Origin: Eledone cirrhosa
Lineage: Eukaryota
Assembly: GCA_964016885.1 (NCBI GenBank)
Contig: OZ024743.1
Location: 176,328,001-176,392,000 of the forward strand
Direction of reading: 5' to 3'
Length of the DNA stretch: 64,000 nt
The notes under the pieces are model-generated. The model was not told the DNA's origin, searched no databases, and was given only the letters and a program-made list of their open reading frames with translations. The position numbers and the translations under genes are program-made. This document shows positions 56,861 to 64,000 of this stretch, piece after piece. How positions within the stretch are numbered: the stretch's first letter is position 1; every line of letters starts with the position of its first letter.

Positions 56861-57049
56861 TACATGTAGCCAGAAATAAGTATGTATACATAAATTATGT
56901 TTATGTGTGTAATATATAATTATATATAAATATGTATGTATGTGTGCGTTTTCGTGTGATTCTATGTATGTATGTATATACATATACTTGCAAACGCACG
57001 CATAGACACATAAATATATATGTATAAATTTAAAACTGAAACCATCCTG

Positions 57050-57381
57050 ATTTATATATACAAGAAAAAGCAGCAGAAATTCTAAAAAACTTAAAATCCA
57101 AACGATTAATAAATCTTCAGAATGTCATGTTAAAAAGAAGGCAAGAAAAACCCTTACATAACCAATACTTGAAAAGGTTAAATAGAGAGGAAGTACACAA
57201 ACAAAACACACAAAACTGACTACAAAGCACTGGGCTAAAAGCTAAGACAGAGGGATTTCTGGATGCAGCACAAGACCAAAGCCTTCCTACCAGAAATCAC
57301 CTGACATACATAATGAAAAAGAACTTAGTGAGTAAATGCATATGTGGAAGTGGGGAAGAAACCATTAACCAAATTATCTCC
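57050..57381 (+). mobile_element. R4/Dong-clade non-LTR retrotransposon relic (post-RT region and degenerate CCHC knuckle)
   Basis: Manual translation: QEKPLHNQY...TQN*LQSTGLKAKTEGFLDAAQDQSLPTRNH...KCICGSGEETINQIIS, matching the KPLHGQY / ETEGFL.AAQDQ.L.TRNY / CRxC..ETI.HI signature. Confidence 0.8.
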
Positions 57382-57553
57382 ACGGAAATATATAAATATT
57401 TATTTAAGCGATCGCTAACCGGAAGTGTTTACATTTGAAAATTTGAAAAGAAGAGAATCTTAAAATGACCAACAAAATTATTTATATTTAATCAAGAATA
57501 ACAAAATTTAGTAGATACATTATGTAATATTCATTCATTATTTATTCAAAGTA

Positions 57554-57710
57554 TATATGTGCTTTGCAGCACAGTTACGTCCCTTTACGAACTGAGTTCA
57601 AATCCCGCCGAGGTTAACTTTGCCTTTCATCCTTACGGGGTCGATAAAATAAAGTACCAGTAATGTACTCGGTAATTGCTGGCCTTGTGCCAAAAGTAGA
57701 AACAATTATT
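57554..57710 (+). mobile_element. 5'-truncated tRNA-derived SINE with 17-bp target-site duplication
   Basis: B-box-like GAGTTCAAATCC; near-identical copy at 58812-58925; (ATT)n tail; ATTATTTATTCAAAGTA at 57537-57553 and 57705-57721. Confidence 0.85.
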
Positions 57711-57899
57711 TATTCAAAGTAATCCAACTTATTTTACAAACTGGATAAAAAATATATATTCTGGACGCAGTCTCGCACTCCTTACTTTATTTTAGATATA
57801 TAAATCAAATAGATCCTTATATATTTATATATATACACACACACATATATATATATAACAAGCAGCCAGTCGTTGCGATTATGACTTTTCATGGGTTGA

Positions 57900-58125
57900 T
57901 AAGGTTTCTTCACAGTTGTCAGATTTTTCGCTTGAGTTTGCCATTTGTTATGAACAATTCCTTTTCACTTCATATTCCTTTTTGCAGTATCTCTGAATCT
58001 CAGTCTTAGTTCCATTGGTCCACGTGCATAGTTGCGAGTAAATGAGTTGTCTGCGGAGTTTGCTATGTTCCATCCTGTTTACGTGTTCCATCCATCATAA
58101 GTTTCTATCAATGAGGATTTCCATC
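57900..58125 (-). mobile_element. RTE-clade LINE 3' coding relic
   Basis: Minus-strand translation MEILIDRNL*WMEHVNRMEHSKLRRQLIYSQL, then after a frameshift LRLRFRDTAKRNMK*KGI. This matches the RTE C-terminal LRW.GHV.RM...RLPKQL.Y.EL...R.KD..K motif. Confidence 0.78.
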
Positions 58126-58177
58126 ATACGAAGCAGAACAACACGCCAGAGGATCATTTAAAAACGCAGGTATCGCA

Positions 58178-58293
<116 letters not shown>

Positions 58294-58479
58294 AAATGAA
58301 GTAATTCCGTCGGAAAAGTCCAGGAAAAAAGATAATATATAATTGTATATAATCGTGTGTGTGTGTGTGTTTGCATGTGTGTTTTTATTTTATTTTTCCC
58401 TTCCTTCTTCCTTCTCCAGCCTCACTATCATATGGATTGCATTTTTGTTTTTTAAAATCCAATTCAATAAATAGACCAG

Positions 58480-58549
58480 GATTTTTTCAGTCTGATGATT
58501 GAAAGCAAAATTTTTTGCTTTTAAGAAACCACTGGTAAATGGAATAATT
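58480..58549 (+). ncRNA. Type I hammerhead ribozyme, complete core
   Basis: CTGATGA 58492-58498; 11-bp stem II TTGAAAGCAAA/TTTGCTTTTAA; GAAA 58525-58528; stem III A-CC-act-GG-T; cleavage triplet GUA (cut after 58537); stem I 58480-58491 pairs with 58538-58549 at 10 of 12 positions (two G:U). Confidence 0.78.
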
Positions 58550-58811
58550 GCCTTATGTTGTTTATTACATAACTATATATATATATATATATAAATATAT
58601 CCAGGGAGTGTAACGCGGAGTTACTGTAGGTTCACCCGGGTGAGCACTTGTGTCATCACTGCAACAGAGGTCTGACGAACTTTTGTTTCCAGAGTCAGGC
58701 TAGATCGATACAGATCGAACCTTGAGGTAATCGCGAAACTCGCATCATACCTCAATAAATGTAATGAAAATTTAACATCCCGTCCATGTAATAATTAGCA
58801 AAGCTAATGGT

Positions 58812-58925
58812 CTGAGTTCAAATCCCGCCGAGGTTGACTTTGCCTTTCATCCTTACGGGGTCGATAAAATAAAGTACCAGTAATTGCTGGCCTTGTGCCG
58901 AAAGTAGAAACAATTATTATTATTG
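58812..58925 (+). mobile_element. Second copy of the tRNA-derived SINE
   Basis: Nearly identical to 57592-57710 except for a 12-bp deletion between GTAAT microhomologies. Confidence 0.85.
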
Positions 58926-58954
58926 TTATCATAACTATTATAATATATATATAA

Positions 58955-59245
58955 GGTTGTGAGTTCGATTCTCAGTCGGACTTTGCGTTGTATTCTTGCG
59001 GAAGACACTTTATTTCATATTGCTCCATTTGACACAGCTATAGGAATGAGTTGTCATGTCACTGGTGCCAAGCTGTATCGGCCTTTGCTTTTCCCTTGGT
59101 CAACATCGTTGGTGTCAAGAGGGGAGACTAGTATGCATGGGCATATCTGGTCTTCCACGAGTAACCTTGTCCGGAATTGTGCCTCGGAGGGGAACTTCCT
59201 GTGTGCAAATCCCATGGTCATTCCTGATCCAAGTTGGTCTTTACC

Positions 59246-59250
<5 letters not shown>
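58955..59250 (+). mobile_element. tRNA-derived SINE of a second family (~300 bp)
   Basis: B-box GAGTTCGATTCT at the 5' end, body ...GAAGACACTTTATTTCA..., 3' end GGTCTTTACCCTTTT before (TA)n; resembles octopus SINEs as recalled. Confidence 0.7.
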
Positions 59251-59295
<45 letters not shown>

Positions 59296-59320
59296 TCTGC
59301 ACTATATATATATAGTGTGT

Positions 59321-59682
59321 GTGTAAAACATATCTATCAACAAGGTAAATATTCATATATTGCTTCTCTAAATGAGAGTATTTTAGCGATCTCTATTCAT
59401 TGAGATGTTATGTGTATTCTGACGAATTTACTTATGCCCTCTACATGGTGTATTGGTCCGTGTATACGAATATTTACCTTGTTGATGGATTTTCTTTATA
59501 CACTTCTATTAACAGGTGTATATTTTCTTATACCATATCCCTAAGGAAAAAGATACTTCTACAGTAATCTACCCCTCAGTGATTTTCTCTAAGATGTTCT
59601 CTATATATTTGCTTCTCTCAATGAGATTATTTTAGCGATATCTTTTCACTGAGATGTTATGTATATTCTGACAAATTTACTT
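59321..59682. repeat. Rearranged repeat fragment with inverted (59321-59359 / 59463-59503) and direct (59356-59433 / 59604-59682) internal copies
   Basis: TCTATCAACAAGGTAAATATTC vs GAATATTTACCTTGTTGATGGA; TTGCTTCTCT.AATGAGA.TATTTTAGCGAT occurs twice. Confidence 0.7.
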
Positions 59683-59748
59683 GGACATATGTATATATAT
59701 ATATATACATATATACATCTAACACTTGTCTCTCTCTCGTTCGCGCTC

Positions 59749-59826
<78 letters not shown>
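59749..59826. repeat. (CT)n microsatellite
   Basis: Seen directly. Confidence 0.97.
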
Positions 59827-59832
<6 letters not shown>

Positions 59833-60377
59833 CCACTATATATATATACAATATATAGTTATTACCAGATGTAATAGTATTTGCCTATAACGGTTATAGT
59901 TACACGTTTCGTGTAATTTCACGCAGTCATGTCTGGCTCTCTATTTGTCACATGTCAATCTCTAGTAGAATATTATATTTTGTAACATTATCAAATATAA
60001 TATATGACTAAATCAATAACCTGTTATTTGTTCATGACTGTTATGTTTCTTTTGTATATCTAATTATCTGTTGCTATTTTCACTCCTGATCGTTCTATCT
60101 ATCTCTCTCTCTATCTATCTATCTATCTATCTATCTATATATAGATCTAGCTGTCGTCTGTTCTACAGTGTGGATGTCATTCACTTCGCACAGAAGTTTT
60201 GTTCAAATTTATTGAGGAAATTTTGTGAGTTCAAACTTAATTTTGATACAATTGTGTAGCTTGACCCTCCGTCTGAACTGTCAGGCGGTGGGTCAGCTCA
60301 TCTTTACCCCTCCTAGAGGTGAAAAACCTGTTTTAAAAAAAAAATTTTGTGTAAAAAATTTCAATCGTCTAACAGAA

Positions 60378-62255
60378 ATGTTAAACGCAGCGAACGAAAA
60401 TAGTGGTGGGGGGACAGCGGTAAGAGTTGTAAGCTCGCACGCTTTAGTCCTCCCTTCCTTCCCAACTAACGTCATAGAGAAGGAAGGAAAAATGAAAATA
60501 AAAACGGACGAATCTGCGGAGAAAAAATTAAATGTCGAAAACAACGAAGAAAAAAAATTTGAAAAATTGCATGACAATACTAATAACACAAACAAAGACA
60601 CAACAAACAAAAAAATAACAGTTGAAAATAACATAATATCAGAAAACAAAGCAGACGACAAGATTTCATTTGCACAGAAAACAAAGAAATCTTTGACTTA
60701 TATAGCGGAAAACATTTCAGATGTGGTACGAAGGATCACGGACGCAAAACAATACATAAGTGAAGGTGAGAATGGTATTTTATTGGTAAAAATGCCTCAA
60801 GAATTCACGAAAGACATTGAAAGCCGAACGGTCAAGTTTCGGACCATCAACAACAGTACAAAAAAACCTGAACAGCCTTCTCAAGCAGATATCAAAACAG
60901 TACTCGCAGAAGTACTGAATGAAACAACTTTCATAAGAAAAGACAGACTGTATGGAAGCCTAGCAATTATCATGAAGAACGAATCGGCGGCAAAAAAATG
61001 TGCTTTGTCACCGATTCGTTCGAAAAATTTCACCTTTTATCCATCTTATATGGGAAAAAAAACTCAACGCATATGGCTGGATGCAATGATGCCAGATGTG
61101 GACTACTGCTGGCTCATAGCTGGCTTCATCGATCCAGTGAATGACAACGTGATTTCCATTGGGAAAACCACAGGCAATGCGTTCAGTGGAACAGGTATAG
61201 AGCTGGTAGTACAAATGAAGCCTGAACGCATCGCCCAAATACCCGACAGAATCCTATTAGAGGACCACGGGTATATAAACATTAGCGTGGAGGGGAGAAG
61301 GCCGTCCTGCCATATCTGTGCAGGCAGAGGGCACCTGAAGGCCGCTTGTCCCCAACTCAACAAAAAGAAAACCCTGCTACCAACACCAGCTCCACCACCA
61401 CCACCACAACAGATAAACAAACAACAAAACTCAGTCCCACCCAACCCGTCCCTCAGTAACACCACAACACCACCACAACACAAACAGTCACAACACATTA
61501 CCCCAAAACAAAATACAGGCCCACCCAACCTCTCACTCAATAAAACAACACAACCACCGCAGACACAACACACAACACAGTCTAACATAGTGACATCCAT
61601 CTCCCCCACAAAGAAAACCAACACGGAAACATTACCAGCAAACATACCTCTTCCCTCCAACACTGAAGATAACCCAACGAATTCGGAGGAAGAAACGGAG
61701 TCCTTCAGACAGATTAAAAGGAAAAAAAGAAAACATGTGCAAAACACACAAGGACAAACAACCCCCACCCAAATCGCAACACAATCTAACAAAACAGAAA
61801 ACACCCCTCCAGCAACAAACAAAACCAAACCTGCCCCTCCCCTCTTCGAAACACTCACACCATCGGAAAAAAAGACATTACACTATACTTACATCAACAG
61901 AAACAATAATAAATTAAATGAACTCATATACAATAATCCTTCGGTACAAACCGAAGGTGTAAACTTTGTTTCATCAGAAAACCACCCACATTTAAAACTA
62001 ATAAAAATCCCAATGAACCTCTACCAAAAACTAAAAAAGGATTTTAAGGAGGACGTAGGACCACCCTCTGTCAAACCCATAAACCGCGTCCTACTAAAAA
62101 GCTTTCCCCCTCCCCTTCCCCTCCCCAACACAACTCCAAACACCCCAACCCCACCACACACCGACGACCCCACACCACCACAAGACACCCCTTCACCCAA
62201 CACCCCCGACCCCATGGAAGTCGTGCAACCCGAACCCCGGGAAGCGGAAAGGTAG
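60378..62255 (+). CDS. LINE ORF1 protein (625 aa), CCHC zinc knuckle and Pro/Thr/Gln-rich tail
   Basis: The first ATG of the long ORF is at 60378 (the track's GTG start at 60225 is unlikely in a eukaryote); VEGRRPSCHICAGRGHLKAAC = CX2CX4HX4C. Confidence 0.88.
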   Translation: MLNAANENSGGGTAVRVVSSHALVLPSFPTNVIEKEGKMKIKTDESAEKKLNVENNEEKKFEKLHDNTNNTNKDTTNKKITVENNIISENKADDKISFAQKTKKSLTYIAENISDVVRRITDAKQYISEGENGILLVKMPQEFTKDIESRTVKFRTINNSTKKPEQPSQADIKTVLAEVLNETTFIRKDRLYGSLAIIMKNESAAKKCALSPIRSKNFTFYPSYMGKKTQRIWLDAMMPDVDYCWLIAGFIDPVNDNVISIGKTTGNAFSGTGIELVVQMKPERIAQIPDRILLEDHGYINISVEGRRPSCHICAGRGHLKAACPQLNKKKTLLPTPAPPPPPQQINKQQNSVPPNPSLSNTTTPPQHKQSQHITPKQNTGPPNLSLNKTTQPPQTQHTTQSNIVTSISPTKKTNTETLPANIPLPSNTEDNPTNSEEETESFRQIKRKKRKHVQNTQGQTTPTQIATQSNKTENTPPATNKTKPAPPLFETLTPSEKKTLHYTYINRNNNKLNELIYNNPSVQTEGVNFVSSENHPHLKLIKIPMNLYQKLKKDFKEDVGPPSVKPINRVLLKSFPPPLPLPNTTPNTPTPPHTDDPTPPQDTPSPNTPDPMEVVQPEPREAER

Positions 62256-62288
62256 GTCTCTACACTCTCCTTTGGCTCTGCCGCCCAC

Positions 62289-64000
62289 ATGGATGTGTTA
62301 AGAGTAGGATGTTTGAATGCACGTGGCCTGGGCTCAACTTGGAAGCAAGCAAAGCTTCTAAATGACCTCAGGTCATGTAGTATAAATGTAATGGTTATCT
62401 GTGAGACTCGAATCAGCGTCATGCGGCAGCTGGCCCCCACCTTCGATGACTTTGAGGTGCATGCATCTCTCTGTCAACCTGGAGGTGGGGGTGGGGTTGT
62501 CGTGCTGCTGCAAAAACACCTGGGTCTTGCCGTACAGGTTGTGCACTCGGACCCGGAGGGTCGTTTGTTGGTGCTAGACGTTGGCAGTAGTGAAAGTGCG
62601 GCCTTGAGACTGGTCGCCGTCTACTCCCCTTTCGGAGCTGAACGGCCCGACTTCTTCCAGCGTTTGGAGACTTTTCTGGGAACGTCGCGTTCCCTGCTTC
62701 TAGCGGGGGATTGGAATGACATCCTAGATGCACGTTGGGACTATGCAGGAGCATGTCCTAATAGAGGGGGGTGTAACAGCCTCAAGGGGTTACTCGACCG
62801 TTTTAACTTGGTCGATAGATATCGACTAGATTTTCCAACTGTGCCTACCTGGACTTGGAGAAACCACAGTGGTCAATCTAGATCGTACTTAGATAGATTC
62901 TTAGTTAGAAGTAAGGATAGGGACATATTAAGCTGTCCAGAAATGCGCACGGTTGGCTACACGGATCACAAATTAGTGACCTGCGTGGTCAATCTCGAGA
63001 AAACACATAGACAGGGTCCCGGTTACTGGAAACTTAATTTGTCTTTACCGGCAAAAGAGACTTACAGAAACCGGATTAGCAGATTAGTTAAGGAGAGGTT
63101 GACGGGTGCAATCGTCAACAACCGATGGTGGGCATCTCTCAAAAGAGAGATTAGAACAGAATCAATAAGTTATAGCAAGATGTTAGCTGCCAATAGGAAT
63201 AGAAACGAGAAAGAATTAACAGGTAAATTAGAAGAGGCAATCAAGAGCGAAGATGTGGCCAGAGTGCTGGCATCGAGGACGGCCTTGAACCAGTTTTTCG
63301 ATGCAAAGCATGAAGGCTGCGTCATTCGAAGTAAAATACGTGCTCTAGGTAATGAGGGGGCCAAAGCCGTTGGATGGGCCCGCGTGACAGAAGCTAAAAG
63401 TGGAAATCGATCCACCATCCGGTCGTTGCAAGACGAAGATGGACGAGTGATCCGGGAGCCTAAGCAGATGTGCGAGGCCTTTCAAAAGCACTTTGCCCGA
63501 TTGTTCGGGGGAGGCGAGGGTCCGGGCCGGGGCGTGGATTTCGGTCCATACCTCGACGGCCTGCCGCGTCTCTCGAACAAAGAGGCGGAGTCCTGCGAGG
63601 GACCAATCTCGGCTGATGAGATCGGAGATGCGCTGAGCCAATGCAGCAGACGCAAATCTCCAGGTCTCGATGGTATACCTTACGAACTTTATTTAGCAAT
63701 GCCGGTCTTCTTCTCCGAACTCCTCGAAGCGGTCTACTGCAATTGGCAGCAGAACGGGAGAATTCCTTGTTCTGTAGCCAAGGGCGTAGTCACGCTGGTG
63801 AGGAAGGACGAGAACAAGGGGGATAGTATAAATAATTTTCGGCCCATAACCCTGCTAAACACAGAGTTAAAGATTTTGGCCAAGGTGTTAGCAAAGAGGT
63901 TGGCGCTTGTCGTGGGTGGCCTGGTGGGAGATGCGCAGACATGTGCTATCCCATCCAGGTCCATTCACGATAACCTCCACCTCATGCGATACATCATAGA
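62289..64000 (+). CDS. LINE ORF2: APE endonuclease + start of reverse transcriptase (570 codons, open to the window end; not in the ORF track)
   Basis: Manual translation, no stops: MDVLRVGCLNARGL..VICETR..GGVVVLL..DPEGRLL..VAVYSP..LAGDWN..TWTW..RSYLDRF..TDHKLV..GPGYWKLN..KSPGLDGIPYELY..NFRPITLLNTELKILAKVLAKRL..QTCAIPSRSIHDNL. Confidence 0.95.
   Translation, partial: MDVLRVGCLNARGLGSTWKQAKLLNDLRSCSINVMVICETRISVMRQLAPTFDDFEVHASLCQPGGGGGVVVLLQKHLGLAVQVVHSDPEGRLLVLDVGSSESAALRLVAVYSPFGAERPDFFQRLETFLGTSRSLLLAGDWNDILDARWDYAGACPNRGGCNSLKGLLDRFNLVDRYRLDFPTVPTWTWRNHSGQSRSYLDRFLVRSKDRDILSCPEMRTVGYTDHKLVTCVVNLEKTHRQGPGYWKLNLSLPAKETYRNRISRLVKERLTGAIVNNRWWASLKREIRTESISYSKMLAANRNRNEKELTGKLEEAIKSEDVARVLASRTALNQFFDAKHEGCVIRSKIRALGNEGAKAVGWARVTEAKSGNRSTIRSLQDEDGRVIREPKQMCEAFQKHFARLFGGGEGPGRGVDFGPYLDGLPRLSNKEAESCEGPISADEIGDALSQCSRRKSPGLDGIPYELYLAMPVFFSELLEAVYCNWQQNGRIPCSVAKGVVTLVRKDENKGDSINNFRPITLLNTELKILAKVLAKRLALVVGGLVGDAQTCAIPSRSIHDNLHLMRYII

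Larger units (their letters stand above)
60141..64000 (+). mobile_element. L1/Tx1-clade non-LTR retrotransposon, 5' part, apparently intact; continues beyond the window
   Basis: 5' UTR, ORF1 with zinc knuckle, and an open APE-RT ORF2. The 5' boundary is placed after the (TCTA)n(TA)n tract and is approximate. Confidence 0.92.

Noticed and set aside
59890-59935. Possible minus-strand hammerhead (GAAACGTGTA with a short stem)
   Set aside because: The upstream box reads ATGACTGC rather than CTGANGA, so the core is incomplete.
60225-60377. N-terminal extension of ORF1 from the GTG start in the track
   Set aside because: A bacterial-style start; this stretch is a hairpin- and A/T-run-containing 5' UTR, and the first ATG is at 60378.
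60293-63964. Antisense ORFs over the LINE (e.g. 61103-61858, 251 aa)
   Set aside because: Shadow frames of an A/C-rich coding strand, with no recognisable motifs.

Overview
Eukaryotic, gene-free, repeat-dense DNA, probably from a cephalopod (octopus-like; this is inferred from my recollection of the SINE families and the Dong-R4/RTE/Penelope mix, not from a search). Bases 1-~49,020 are one uninterrupted satellite array of roughly 1,100 monomers, consensus AACT(G/C)TTACCTCACCCTCTATATTACTTACTAC(CT)n, mostly 43-47 bp, with nested ~1.6-3.4 kb higher-order duplications. The last 15 kb is a patchwork of (TA)n/(CT)n/(CA)n microsatellites and transposon pieces. These are a Penelope-like (Naiad-type) GIY-YIG ORF remnant, six pLTR-like fragments carrying hammerhead-ribozyme motifs, a separate complete type I hammerhead, a 104-bp perfect palindrome, Dong-R4 and RTE LINE relics, tRNA-derived SINEs, and the 5' part of an apparently intact L1/Tx1-clade LINE whose ORF2 is missing from the ORF track. 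The most striking observation is that the satellite monomer is nearly fully complementary to the conserved miRNA let-7 (nt 2-20, one mismatch, two G:U pairs) and carries a second let-7 seed site. This makes it a candidate satellite-encoded let-7 sponge or target array; function is untested.
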